The translations under genes were made by a program, and so were the position numbers. A model generated the notes under the pieces. That model was not told the DNA's origin, searched no databases, and saw only the letters and a program-made list of their open reading frames with translations. From Eledone cirrhosa (Eukaryota), in assembly GCA_964016885.1 (NCBI GenBank), contig OZ024758.1, forward strand, positions 23,064,001 through 23,128,000: a DNA stretch of 64,000 bases. The letters are read 5' to 3'. Shown here in pieces: positions 1 to 15,353 of the stretch (position 1 is its first letter; each line of letters starts with the position of its first letter).

Positions 1-1
1 T

Positions 2-104
2 ATATATAAGAAGATACAGGAAAATGTTGATGAATATGATGAAATTCTGCTTTCTACAAAGAATATATTACGTGTTACAAGCAATATCTTAAAATATATG
101 AAAG
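2..104 (+). CDS. Exon 1 in window (5' end probably upstream), ends phase 1: [34 protein letters not shown]
   Basis: Open frame, donor AAAG|gtaatc, phase matches next exon. Confidence 0.75.
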
Positions 105-3100
105 GTAATCTTAGCTTTTTCCATGAATTAACTCTTTAGCTTTGACATTACTCTATATATACTATTATATTTTCACGGTAAAGGCTTTATCTCACATAAT
201 TATCTCACATAATATCAAATCTATGAGATTTTGATATTATCTATTTTGAAAAGAATACCGTAACAACAATATGAGCAGTTGGTTTGAACGGAATGAGGTG
301 AAAGAATTTTGGCCGGATATAGCCAGTTTAAATGCTAAAGGGTTAACCCTTTAGCATTTACATTACTCTATATATACTAATATAACTTCCCCGTAAAGGC
401 TTTCATCATCTCATCATCATCATCTTCGTTTAACGTCCATCTTCCACGCTAGCATGGGTTAGACGGGATGTGCCCCACTTGAGGCAAGGTAGGTCGGGTG
501 ACCATGTCTCGCTCATATAGGACTGTCTGGCAGGTTTTCTATGCCTGGATGCCCTTCCTAACACCAACCACATTTACAGTGTGGCTTTATCTTACATAAT
601 CTCACATAATATCGAATCAACGAGATTTTGATATTATATATTTTGAGAACAATACCTTAACAGCAGTATGAGTTGCCAGTTACAGCTGGTTTGAACAGAA
701 AGAGGTGAAATAATTATGGCCGGATATGGCCGGTTTAAATGCTAAAGTGTTAAGATATAATATGCATTTACTAATACATCTTCTCTTATTCTTTATCAGC
801 TTTACCAGATCTTTTTGAAAGTGGTCGACAATTTGACGACCTATTCAACCAGCTAAGTTCCTATGTTCTAAAGGAAGTGGATAATGTTCTTCAAGAGATC
901 CCAGATTTAAATGTATGTGTTAAAAGATATATCTAATATATATCATTTGTAAAATTTTCTAGTTTGTCTGAAGTCATATTATTCAAATATACGATAGATA
1001 TATAAGTACTAGAAAGAATGATGGTTAACCACAGGATCTGTGTATATCTGTGTGTTTTGTGTTTGTGTGTGTGTGTGTTTGTGTGTGCATATGCATCTGT
1101 GTTTGAATGTGAGTGTGTGAATGTGTTAATCGTTTGACTAATTCTTTTGGCATTACCGTTAACATGGCCAGCTCTTTCAGCTGCAATAAAAAAAAAAGTA
1201 ACTGAAATTTGAAATGGCAAATATGGTTAACTGGCCTTTCAACAGCACACAGTGTTGTATGTAATATTGTAACGTGAGATATTGAAAGCATACATAACTC
1301 TTCAGTACCATAGACAAGATAACTCGTCTCAATATGTATGCATTCCAGTGCCACGGACGAGTCATTCTAATATGTTTGAACTCTTTTCCAACAGTTCATA
1401 ACTTCAAAGTTATGAGCTCTTTTCCAACAGTTCATAACTTCAAAGTTTTGAACTTGTTTCCAACAGTTCATAACTTCAAAGCTAGATAGGGTTACTAGTT
1501 TATTGATGTGACGTTTGTTAATCATTCAGATAAGTGTTGTTAATAATTTTTTGTTTAAAAATAGTCATTTTACTGAAAAAAAACAAAAAAAAACAGCAAC
1601 TGTAGCTGTGTAAAATATACACAACAGTCAATAGGTTAAACAGCATGCTAGAGCACAGATTTTTTGTAATTTAAAATATTTTTTTCTGTGTCAATGAATG
1701 AATATTTAGCATTTTAATAACAAACTGTTTGTATTTCAGGATATGAACAAAATGTTTCCAGATTCAGATGCACCAACATTACGCAAAAAGCGTGATACCA
1801 AAACCACTGATAAGGTCAAAGTTAAAGAATTAGCCATGTATTTCAAATCTATAATCCGAAGCTCTCGAGACATACAGTCATATGGTGCGAGACATTGGCT
1901 TCGTTTATTCTCAAAGATTCAAAATTCGGATTTACAAATTATGTTAAATCATAAAGACATCCTATCAAGGTAATAATACAAGTGTTGTTTTTGTGTTGTA
2001 CAAGACCTCAAATTTAATATTAGTTTCTGTGGATTGAATCATCTTTATCTCATCTTCTTGCTCTTGCTCGATGAGGCTGGGCGTCATCTTAGGTCAGCAA
2101 TCTCAAAGGCATCATCATGTGTAGAACTGTTGAGGTCCACCAGTGCCCTCCACTGGTGGTCCTGTGCCACCCCCTCTGCATCCTCCAGGGTGATGTCAAA
2201 CCTCTAGAGATATTGCCTTTAGCATTTACATTACTCTATATTTACTATTGTATTTTCATGGTAAAGGCTTTATCTCGCATAATATCTCATATCTCACATA
2301 ATATCTCACATAATATCTCACATAATATCTCACATAATATCTCGCATAATATCTCACATAATATCTCACATATCTCACATAATATCAAATCTATGAGATT
2401 TTGATATTATCTATTTTGAGAACAATACCGTAACATCAGTATGAGTAGCCAGTTATGGCTGATTTGAAGAGAAAGGATAACATTTTGAAATAATTTTAAT
2501 TGAAAAGATTTAAATTAGAAAAAAGATAGAATTATATTTTTTTCATATTATAAATCTTCTACCAGGAGTTGTGACCAGTAGATAGTATCAGCAATGGAAA
2601 GACCAATGGAAACATTGTTTCCTTGGTTTGATTTGATGAATTCTGCCCTAAATGGTACCTGGAATCTTGTTGATCATTTAACCCTTTAGCATTTACATTA
2701 CTCTATATATACTATTGTATTTTCATGGTAAAGTCTTTATCTCACATAATTATCTCACCTAATATCGAATCTATGGGATTTTGATGTTATCTATTTTGAG
2801 AACAATACCTAAACATCAGTATGAGTAGCCAGTTATGGCCAGTTGAACAGAAAGAGGTGAGAGAATTGAGGCTGGATATGGCCAGTTTAAATGCTAAAGT
2901 GTTAAAGAAAGATAAGAGTTTATTCTAAATTATTATGCTATAAAATACTAATAGTAAATATTATACTAAATTATTTAATAAAATAGTTACTATGAAACTC
3001 TATAATCAGATATTTATATCTATGATATAATTTCTTTTTTTATTGTCATCATATTGTAGTGTGACAAATTCGATTTTAACCCTGGGTCCTTCAATAGAAT

Positions 3101-5553
3101 CTGATCCTCTCTGGAAATACTTGAAACCCATGTTGAGTTGTTCCCACATGCTGATACAAGGATTGAATAAATTCATTCATGAGTTTGCTGGTTAGTTCAA
3201 TTTTTATTTTTTATTTTTACTCTTGTATGGATTTTATATAAAGCAGCAAATTGGCAGAGTTATTAGAACGTTGGTTAGAATGCCTTGTGGTATTCATTCC
3301 GGCTCTTGGCTCTCTGAGGTCAATTTTGCCTTTCATCCATTTGAGGACAATAAAAAAAGTACCAGTCTAGTACTGGGGTTGATTCTTGCTCTATATCTCT
3401 TTCTCACTTCCTTTCTCTAACTCTCTATCCTTATCTGGAGGAAATCTGCTGCTGTATTCAGACCTGGCAAGGAGATGGGCTCTGCCATGTTTTAAAAATT
3501 AATAGGTGGGTGGAGGAATGACTATTCAAGATGTAAGAGTACATAAACTTAATCACTTGCAATGCGAGACAGACAACATTTGTATAATTTCTGGCCATAA
3601 CAACAAAATAAGTTTTCTTTGTACTTCTATTCAAATATGTATTTCTTTCAAAATATTTGCTTTATATCTATTCTAGATCAAACGATTCAGATGGAAAACC
3701 TAGTGATGTTCCAGTTAAAATATGGCCCTGCCATTATCGATTCTATGCTTGAACTTCAAAAAAACCCAAAGGTTGAAAACAAATTTCTAATTTTGCCTAC
3801 ATCTTTTAATAATTGGAATTCTATAATTTTTAATTTATGTATTGCCAGGTGGTGCTATTAAGTTAGACATGGCCTGGGCCAATACTGGCTAAAACTTATT
3901 AAAGTTATCAAAGTCATCACTCAATGTAAATGTATTCTATTTATTTAAGCTAGTTCCACATTATTTAATGCAATCTAAGATAATGATATAAAGAAAGAGG
4001 ATTATGACAAGGGTAATGAAGAAATATAATTTTATGCTGTTCAATTATTATCATTTCGACCTCATTCAGAATGTGATTTCAGTGTACTGCTCAATTGCCT
4101 ATCATCATCATCACCGTTTTACGTCCGTTCTTCCACGCTAGCATGGGTTAGACGGGTTGTCCTGTTGTGTGCAGTGTCTGGTCGGCTGACCATGCCTTGC
4201 TCATACAGGAACTGATCTGGCTTGATTTCTACAGCTGGATGCCCTTCCTAACACCAACCTCATTTACAGTGAGTGCCTATGATATGGAAAATGTATTGCA
4301 TCAGGTTCAGAAAATAATACTTTGAATCAGTGTCAAAATTCCAGCTAATCTCTGATTTCTTAACGGCTACTAGCATTTAAATCTATATTTAAGGTTCAAA
4401 ATTTTCTTATGAATGAGTTTCAAAATTCCAGCTAATCTCTGATTTCTTAACGGCTACTAGCATTTAAATCTATATTTAAGGTTCAAAATTTTCTTATGAA
4501 TGAGTTTCAAAATTCCAGCTAATCTCTGATTTCTTAACGGCTACTAGCATTTAAATCTATATTTAAGGTTCAAAATTTTCTTATGAATGAGTTTCAAAAT
4601 TCCAGCTAATCTCTGATTTCTTAACGGCTACTAGCATTTAAATCTATATTTAAGGTTCAAAATTTTCTTATGAATGAGTTTCAAAATTCCAGCTAATCTC
4701 TGATTTCTTAACGGCTACTAGCATTTAAATCTATATTTAAGGTTCAAAATTTTCTTATGAATGAGTTTCAAAATTCCAGCTAATCTCTGATTTCTTAACG
4801 GCTACTAGCATTTAAATCTATATTTAAGGTTCAAAATTTTCTTATGAATGAGTTTCAAAATTCCAGCTAATCTCTGATTTCTTAACGGCTACTAGCATTT
4901 AAATCTATATTTAAGGTTCAAAATTTTCTTATGAATGAGTTTCAAAATTCCAGCTTATCTCTGATTTCTTAACGGCTACTAGCATTTAAATCTATATTTA
5001 AGGTTCAAAATTTTCTATTAATATTTTCTTAAGACAATTATACAAAGAAGGAATTGGTTTCAAAATGATTAAAATTATATAAATTATAAATTTTCATGTA
5101 CATTTATTTTTCAGGTTAATATAATGCTCCGAAATTTAACTGACCCTGAACAAATGCTGTGTTCAGAAAAAGGATTACTGAAAATGTTAGACCAATCATT
5201 AAATATTTCTGACGGCAAACTAAAGGATATTGTTTGCCAAAACAATTTCACACATCTGCTTTTGAAAGTTGCCTCATTAGTACAAATACCTATCAAAGTA
5301 ATTTCCTTGAAACTTTCTATTTACTAATTTTAGCTATGAGAGATGGAGGCGGTGACAGTGAGAGTTCGGTTCCTCTGTATTCGGACCTGGTGTATGTGTG
5401 ATTCAGTGTGGGTGCATGTTTGTGTGTGAGTGTCTGTGTTTGTCTGTGTGTGTGTGTCAGTGTGTGTCTGTGTGTCAGTGTGTGTGTGTCTGTATGTCTG
5501 TTTCTGTCTGTGTGTGCGTGAGTGTGTATGTGTGTGTGATTGCTTCTATTAAT

Positions 5554-5608
<55 letters not shown>

Positions 5609-8600
5609 TCATCATCATCATCATCATCCTCGTTTAACGTCCACTTATATATATATATATATATGCTTGTTTAGATTTGTGAGTTTGTTTCCTCAACCTC
5701 AATACACAAATACATACATAAATGTGTAAATATATACACAAATATATACTAAGTTATATATAAATAATAATAGCTTTGGCTTTATTATATAGAAACTAAG
5801 TAATATGAGAGCTGCAGCTTGATGACGTCTGTCTTCCCCATTAGGTGGCTGATGAGGTCTAGTTACGTATGCTGAGTTTGGGAGGATGGGTAGTACATGT
5901 TTGAGTTGCTGAATTTGAATACATACACACACACGCGCACGTACATACATGTACAAACACGCCACATGCACACACACATTCACACTCACACACACATGCA
6001 AACACACACACGCACACACATAAATACATACACACACACACACACATGCACACACACATGCACATTCACACATGCATGCACCATTAAGCCTTACCATGAA
6101 AATAGAAAAGCAAATATAGAGTAATGTAAATGCTAAAAATATAAAGTAATGTAGATGCTAAAGGGTTAAATAATCATTAATAGGGATTAATTGCCAGCAA
6201 TAGACTTTAGAGTAGCATCATTTGCATGACAATATTTGTAAAAGTTTATGCCAACAAAGCTGAATGTTTTTATTTTACAGTTTGATCAAATGATGAAATC
6301 AGATGTACCGATTTTATTTGATTGGAAAGAATTTGCGTTGGACTTTAAAAAATTTATTAGTACTGTATTAAATATCATATATCCTGCTGGCAACTACTGG
6401 TTAACACAGAATAATAAAATTTTAGCTCTAAAGATAAAGAAGTTACGGCCTATGATGCTTGAAGGAATAACTAAATTAAGAAATGAAGTAGAAACCCCAG
6501 CAGACAGGTAAGCTAAAATCTGTTTTATAGCTTTATCTAAAAAAATTACCTATGTCCTATAACAGAACTCTAGTGAGTTCCAGAATTTAACATATGTCCA
6601 AACCTCAGTTTTAGTTTTAAATAACACTATTGCCATTCCCTACTGTACAGATAGCATACCAGTCATTTCTTTATTTATTTAATAAATCCTATATCTATTA
6701 TGGTGGAGGTGCATGGCCTAGTGGTAAGGGTGTTGGACTTACGATCATAACGTCATGGGTTCGATTCCTGGGTTACATGTTCTTCATAAAAACACTTCAT
6801 TTCACATTGTTCCAGTATACTCAGCTGAAAATGAGTACCAGCAATATCTGGAGGTTTAACCCTGCAATGGACTAACGTCCTATCCAAGGGAAGTCTTATA
6901 CTCTCCGTTGCTTTATGCCACAGAAACCGAGATAAGCACTGGTCTGATAAACCTCCTGGCTTACGACAGACTTTAGACCAGTGGTTCCCAACCTTTTGTG
7001 CACCATGCCCCCACCTCTACAAATTGTTATCTCCCCCTTTGACATGAAAACAGCAATGATCAATTACAAATTGTTGTATAAGTGGTGCCATATGTACAAT
7101 AACATGGAAGAGGTGAGATAGGAGTTTCTGACAGCAATGTGTACCATATAAGTGGTACCAGATGTAGAGTAACACATGTGGAGGAGGTGAAACAGGAGTT
7201 TCTGACAGCAATGTGTACCATATAAGTGGTACCAGATACACAATAACACATGTGGAGGAGGTGAAATAGGAGTTTCTGGCAGCAATGTGTACCATATAAG
7301 TGGTACCAGATGTAGAGTAACACATGTGGAGGAGGTGAAACAGGAGTTTCTGACAGCAATGTGTACCATATAAGTGGTACCAGATGTAGAATAACACATG
7401 TGGAGGAGGTGAAATAGGAGTTTCTGACAGCAATGTGTACCATATAAGTGGTACCAGATGTAGAATAACACATGTGGAGGAGGTGAAACAGGAGTTTCTG
7501 ACAGTAATGTGTACCATATAAGTGGTACCAGATGTAGAGTAACACATGTGGAGGTGGTGAAACAGGAGTTTCTGACAGCAATGTGTACCATATAAGTGGT
7601 ACCAGATGTAGAATAACACATGTGGAGGAGGTGAAATAGGAGTTTCTGACAGCAATGTGTACCATATAAGTGGTACCAGATACACAATAACACATGTGGA
7701 GGAGGTGAAATAGGAGTTTCTGACAGCAATGTGTACCATATAAGTGGTACCAGATACACAATAACACATGTGGAGGAGGTGAAACAGGAGTTTCTGACAG
7801 CAATGTGTGCCATATAAGTGGTACCAGATGTAGAATAACACATGTGGAGGAGGTGAAACAGGAGTTTCTGACAGCAATGTGTACCAAAGTTGCCTTGGTG
7901 TAAAAGTACCGGTTGCTCTCCGACAGGTTTGCAATGTGTCCTTGACAGTGGAGACTTCTGGTGTCCTTGGCCCCTAGGGCTACCTCCCTACTCACCACCA
8001 TAGGTGCTGAGCTGGCCAGCCGCAGGTGTGAGCCTCGCAAGTTGGAATGGCTCTTCCAGCGCATCTCCCTTACCATCCTCCGGGGAAACTCCTTCTGTCT
8101 CCATTCTGACTGCTGGGGCTGTGGTGTGACCAGGTGCACGTGGGACCTCATTTGCTCACCATATGGAGAGATGGGGAGGGCGAGAGAGATGGGGGCAATG
8201 ACAGTGGGAGTTTGGCTCTTCAACATTCGGACCACATCCTTGAGGTTGTGTTCATCAAGCCCTAGTGCAATAATGAAATAAGTAATAGTGTAATTGATGA
8301 CTTGTTTATCTACAACTCACACACACATATATGTATACATGCATACTAACATATACACACACACTTACACGAATAAGTAATAAAGTAAAACCTGAGGTTT
8401 CTTCTCATTAGCATCATTTTTAAATGGCACCCCTTAAATATTCAAATTGCCCCCTGTGGAGTATGCACCCCGCATTGGGAATCACTGCTTTAGACTATAT
8501 CTATTACTCTATTACATGTGAAGGCGCATAGCTTAGTGGTTAGAGCATTGGGCTTGCAATTGAGAGGTTGTAAGTTCAATTCTCAGACTGGCTGATGCAT

Positions 8601-8753
8601 TGTGTCCTTGAGCAAGACACTTTATTTCACGTTGCTCCAGTTTACTCAGCTGTAGAAATGAGTTGCGGCGTTACTGGTGTCAAGCTGTATTGGCCATTAC
8701 CTTTCCCTTCGACATCATCATATGTAGTTTAGTGTATATATAGTCTAAATATA

Positions 8754-8843
<90 letters not shown>

Positions 8844-10046
8844 ATATAAATATATATATATATATATAATATAAATATATATAAATATATATAATATAAA
8901 TATATATAATATAAATATATATAATATATAAATATATATAATATATATATATATATAATATATATATATATGGAGGCACATGGCTTAGTGGTTAGAGCAT
9001 TGGCGTTGCAATCGAAAGGTTGTGAGTTCAATTCTCAGACCGGGTGATGTGTTGTTTCCTTGAGCAAGACACTTTATTTCACATTGCTCCAGTTTACTCA
9101 GCTGTAGAAATGAGATGATAGGGACTGGGGTCCACATCATTCCACTGTAAAGTGGTCGTGGAGGTGCCACGGCAAAAAATCACCCAGCACTCACTGTAAA
9201 TGAGGTTGGTGTTAGGAAGGGCATCCAGCTGTAGAAATCAAGCCAGAATCAGTTCCCGTCCCACCCTTGCAAGCAGGGGAAAGTGGACGTGAAATGAATG
9301 AATGAAAATATGTTATATCACTGGTGTCAAGCTGTATCAGCCATTGCCTTTCCTTTGGACCTCATTGGTGGCGTGGAGAGGGGAGACTGGTATACATGGG
9401 TGAGTGCTGGTCTTCCACAAAACAAACCTTGCCCGGACTTGTGCCTCGGAAGGAAACTTTCTAGGTGCAAATCACATGACCATTCATGACCGACGGCCTT
9501 AATTACATATTCCGGCTGACATGCTGAGGTCATGCTGGGCCACCGCCATCATATTATATATTTATCATAAAATAGACATTTTATAATGATATTTCTCATC
9601 CTTCTGATCTTTGTAGAGTCATTGATGCTGCTACACAAGCTGCTATATTCACAGAAACAAGTCCTTCTATTCCAACCAGGGTGAAAAATGAAGTAAAAAT
9701 AAATCTGGTTATTTTTGACATTTATATGGATGTAGTTATGGAACTTATTAATCTGACAAAAGGTTTGTGTAATATTCGACATAATAACTTACATTCTATT
9801 ATTTAGCTTTTCTAGTCTTTCTTCCATTACCCTCTTCCAGTATTCTTTACTACAGTATTCTCTCTGTCTCTCTCTCTCTCTCCCCGTCAAAACGGCCTGA
9901 GCTCTGCCGTCGGGGTTAAACATTTTCCTATATATATATATGTATATATGTATGTATATATATATATATATATGTATATATATCGTTTCTGAATTTGTTT
10001 AGCAAGATTTATTGGCAACATGACCCTCCCAAAGCATAACAATATG

Positions 10047-10085
<39 letters not shown>

Positions 10086-10864
10086 TTGCGAGGTTTTTTA
10101 TATGAAATCGTGTGTCGAAACAAATATTGTTATATTTGGGGAGGGTCATATTTGTGTAATATTGCCAGAATTAATAACAGAACACACTCACTGTTTGGTT
10201 GGTTTTCGCTTTTCGCTTCTGCGTCTTTTATATCGGTAATCAAATTTACTCGGTCCTCAATGTTGCCATTGACTGACCGGCGGTCAAAAATAATACAGAT
10301 ACAATATAGACACAAACACATATATATAGTTTATCAAAGTTCTTTTGTTGCACATCTGCAACATCGTCAGTGGTCGTATTGTTTCCTCCCGTTACATTGT
10401 ATGTCTACGCCATTTTTATTTAGTCTGTCTATATATTTATTTATTTATTTGTTTGTTTGTTTATTTTATTTTGTCTTCTTTGCGCATGCGTTTGCGTATG
10501 TGTATAGTGTTTTGTTTGATGTGTGTTCGTGATTGGGTGACTGTGTATCGGTTAATGTATTCTATCTTTACTAGTGTGTGTTTATATGTGTTTGTTGTTA
10601 TTGTGCTTGTGTATGTATATATTTATTTATTTATCTATTTATTTATTTATTTATACTTCTCTTAGGTCAGTGTTGTTTGTTTGGGTGTTGTTGTTATTCC
10701 ATTCATTCTTTCTGTTTAGTCTTGGCCTTCTGAGTTCTATTTCACTGGCCTCTCTGATTTGCCTATCTGCTGGGTCATTTCTATGTTTTGGAAGTTTGGA
10801 AGAAACAATTGTAAGCGAATAAATGATTTGAACAGAACTTTGATTCATGTAATTTCTATATGTA

Positions 10865-10895
<31 letters not shown>

Positions 10896-10909
10896 ATATA
10901 TGTATATAT

Positions 10910-10940
<31 letters not shown>

Positions 10941-11138
10941 CATATACATGTGTCACTTTTGAGCTGGCTTTTGGGATGCTCCCATACAGCTCTGAGTTTT
11001 TCATCCTCAGTGTATACTGATTAATGTTCAGAGCCATCCTCAGCATTCTCGTGTAGCACCCATCCACCATCCGAGTGAGTCTCTTGGTCAGTGTCCAAGT
11101 CTCAGACCCATACAGCAGCACAGACTCCACCTAACAAA

Positions 11139-11196
<58 letters not shown>

Positions 11197-11517
11197 GTAT
11201 ATATATATATGTATATATATGTATATATATGTATATATATGTATATATATGTATATATATATGTATATATATATGTATATATAAATATGTATATATAAAT
11301 ATGTATATATGTGTATATATATATGTATATATATGTATATATATATATGTATATATATGTATATATATATATATATATACATATATATACATATATGTAT
11401 GTATGTATATATATATACATATATATACATATATATATGTATATATATATATATACATATATATACATATATATATGTATATATATATATATACATATAT
11501 ATACATATATATATGTA

Positions 11518-11548
<31 letters not shown>

Positions 11549-12029
11549 TATACATATACATATATATATATACATATATATACATATATATATATACATA
11601 TATATACATATATATATATATACATATATATACATACATATATATACATATATATACATACATATATATACATATATATATATATACATATATGTACATA
11701 TATATATATACATATATGTACATATATATATATACATATATATACATATATATATATACATATATATATATACATATATATATATCCATATATATACATA
11801 TATATACATATATATATATCCATATATATACATATATATATATCCATATATATACATATATATACATATATATACATATATATACATATATATATATACA
11901 TATATATATACATATATATACATATATATACATATATATATATACATATATATACATATATATATATACATATATATATATACATATATATATATATACA
12001 TATATATATATACATATATATATATATAC

Positions 12030-12089
<60 letters not shown>

Positions 12090-12166
12090 GTACTTTGTTA
12101 GTTTCAGAAGATCCCGTTAAGTGTGAAAGCAGCAATTCTTTGCTTAAAATTTAATCTGTTATTTTA

Positions 12167-12203
<37 letters not shown>

Positions 12204-15090
12204 AATATATTTTTATTTATTTATATATATATATATACCACACAGTAATGTAGCACTATAGGTATCACAGTAAAAAGTTCCCAGTCCACACTGTAAATGT
12301 GGTTGGTGTTAGGAAGGGCACCCAGCCGTAGAAAACCTGCTAGATAGTCCTATATGAGCGAGACACGGTCACCCAACCAACCTTGCCACAAGTGGGGCAA
12401 CTCCTGTCTAACTCATGCTAGCATAGAAGATAGACGTTAAACGAAGATGATGATGATACATATATATATATAAAGAAAAGAAATTGAAAATGAAACTGGA
12501 GCCTTTTAAGAATATTTATTTATTTACTTTACCGGTTTTGCAATTCTTATTCTTATGATTGTCAAAAGTAAAATTTTTTTTTTCTGCTGTGGTTTGTCTT
12601 GTATCCTCATCATCATCGTTTATGTCCATTTTCCATGCTAGCATGGGTTAGACGTGTTTGTCACATCTGAAGCGAGGTTGGTTGGGTGACCGTGTCTCGC
12701 TCCTACAGAACTGTTTCTGGCAGGTTTTCTATGGCTGGATACCCTTCCTAACACCAACCACATTTACAGTGTGGACTGGGAGCCTTTTTACTGTGTCTCC
12801 TATTTACAGTGTGGACTGGGTGCTTTTTGTCATGTCACCTACACAACCACTTTACAATGTAGACTGGGTGTTTTTTGTCATGTCACCAACACGACCACTT
12901 TACAGTGTGGGTTGAATGCATATTTATATATCTCATTATTTATTTATAACATCCGGTGGATTGGCAGTATCGGTAGAGGGTCGGACGCCATGCTTTCCAG
13001 CATAGTTACGTCCCTTTACGATCTGAGTTCAAATCCCGCCGAGGTTGACTTTGCCTTTCATCCTTACGGGGTCGATAAAATAAAGTACCAGTAATGCACT
13101 GGGTATTTGCTGGCCTTGTGCCTAACGTAGAAACAATTATTTATTTATAAGGGCGGTGAATTGGCAGATTCAGTAGAGAGTCGGACACCATGCTTTCCAG
13201 CATAGTTACGTCTCTTTACGATCTGAGTTCAAATCCCGTTGAGGTCAATTTTGCCTTTCATCCTTACAGGATCAATAAAATAAACTACCAGTAATGTACC
13301 TTGTCCCAAAAGTAGAAACAATTATTTATTTATTTCTCCAGTACACTACTGAATTTCAATAGCAACTGTATTGACCTCTCTAGTCAGGGTAGTTCCACAA
13401 AATGAGAGGACACTACCACTCTACCTCTTCAGTCCTTTGTTGAAATAGTAAAAAAAAAAATTAAGAATCATTTTTCTCTACATCTTCCAAATGCCTTTTT
13501 GATCTAACCTTATAGAAAATACCAAATATTCACCACCGCCACCACCATCAAGTCTCGTCATCATCATCAGTCTCATCATCATCATCAGCCTCATCATCAT
13601 CATCACCATCAACAGTTTCATCACCATCATTATCATCAGTCTCGTCATCAGTCTCGTCGTCATTATCATCATCAACGGTTTCATCACCATCATCATCATT
13701 ACCATTATCACCATCACCACCATCATCATCATCAGTCTCATCATTAAATCTCATTACCATCATTAACAGTCTCATTATCATTATTTTTACCACTTCGTTG
13801 GGGTCGATAAAATAAAGTACCAGTAATACACTGGGTAATTGCTGGCCTTGTGCCAAAAGTAGAAACAATTATTTTTACCACTTTGTTGGACGCCATGCTT
13901 TGCAGCAAAGAGTTACGGCCCTTTATGATCTGAGTTCAAATCCAGCCGAAGTTAACTTTGCCTTTCATCCTTACGGGGTCGATAAAATAAAGTACCAGTA
14001 ATGTACTGGGTAATTGCTGGCCTTGTGCCAAAAGTAGAAACAATTATTTTTACCACATGTCTTTTTTTTCTCTACATGTGTATGTATATAATCTACAATC
14101 ACATGTATTCAAAATTTCTATAAATGAAGACAAATATTCTATATTATGTAACCTAAATTTAAGTAAACTTAAAGATCTGCTACACAAAATCTTAAATTCT
14201 ACCATTTCTTAATTTCAGAAGACACAAATACTATTGATAGAATATTTACTAATGCTGTCTTTCGACCTGGAGAAGTGCCAGCAGGAATGCTTGATGCATT
14301 GAAGTATTCCTTCTCTAATCCTAACAAAGTAAGTTGATTATCAAGTTCTATTGTCAACAGCAGTCAGCAAATTGGCAGTCGATAACCCTTTAGCATTTAA
14401 ACCAGCCACACCTAGCCAGAATCCCCTTATCTCTTTCTGTTCAAACGGGCTGTAACTGGCCACTTATATTGATGTTAGGGTATTGTTCTCAAAATAAATA
14501 ATATCAAAATTTCATAGGTTCGATATTATATGATAATTTTGTGAGGTAAAGCCTTTACCATGAAAATATAATGGTATATTTAGAGTAATGTAAATGTTAA
14601 AGCATCGGATAGAATACTTTGCTGTATTCGTTCTGGTTCTCTGCTCTCTGAGTTCAAATCCCACCGAGGTCAACTTTGCCTTTCATCCATTCAAGGTTGA
14701 TAAAAATGTACCAGTCTAGTACTAAGGACAATTCTTTCTCTCACTTTGTATCCTGATCTGGATAGAAGGAATCTGTTGTATTCTGTCCTGGAGAGGAGAT
14801 AGGCTCTGCCAAGCTTAAAAAATACCCAAGAAAGGCTGTATGTCAATATGGCAGTGCTCCAACAACTCCGCCAGGAGTTGCAAGACCATGTATAATCAAC
14901 AATGTGTCAAATACGTAGCTAAGAAATCTGTCTTCATATTCTCACGATAGTCAAAGGAACAGTAAATTCAGTGACTTTATCAGCAGGAGTACTTATATTT
15001 AATCCAGCTTGACCTTCATATAAATTTCACCTGATGAAGTACAAGATCGTAGTTTTCATTAAGTCAGACAGTCCGCATAAAATAAATAAA

Positions 15091-15149
<59 letters not shown>

Positions 15150-15177
15150 ATATGTATATATATATGTATATATGTAT

Positions 15178-15215
<38 letters not shown>

Positions 15216-15218
15216 ATA

Positions 15219-15279
<61 letters not shown>

Positions 15280-15292
15280 ATATATATATGTA

Positions 15293-15353
<61 letters not shown>

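Larger units (their letters stand above)
6979..8487. mobile_element. hAT-superfamily non-autonomous element carrying a 74-bp tandem array and a CRE LINE fragment
   Basis: TIR cagtggttcccaa / ttgggaatcactg; 8-bp TSD ctttagac at 6971-6978 and 8488-8495. Confidence 0.85.

Noticed and set aside
7017-8235. Long ORFs of 259-391 aa on the - strand in all three frames
   Set aside because: Products of a stop-free 74-bp tandem repeat; the peptide simply cycles through frames.
8971-9045. tRNA gene (GCA anticodon-like) at SINE family A heads
   Set aside because: No proper acceptor stem; continues into a SINE body present in many copies.
11088-12135. Y/I-rich ORFs over 300 aa (also 8680-9031, 15027-15427, 18362-18815, 48095-49246)
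   Set aside because: Translations of TA/CA/TG microsatellites.
13478-13868. Met-rich and Asp-rich ORFs
   Set aside because: Translations of a (CAT)n tract.
15031-15075. CTGATGA motif (also about 5849)
   Set aside because: No downstream GAAA or closing stems.
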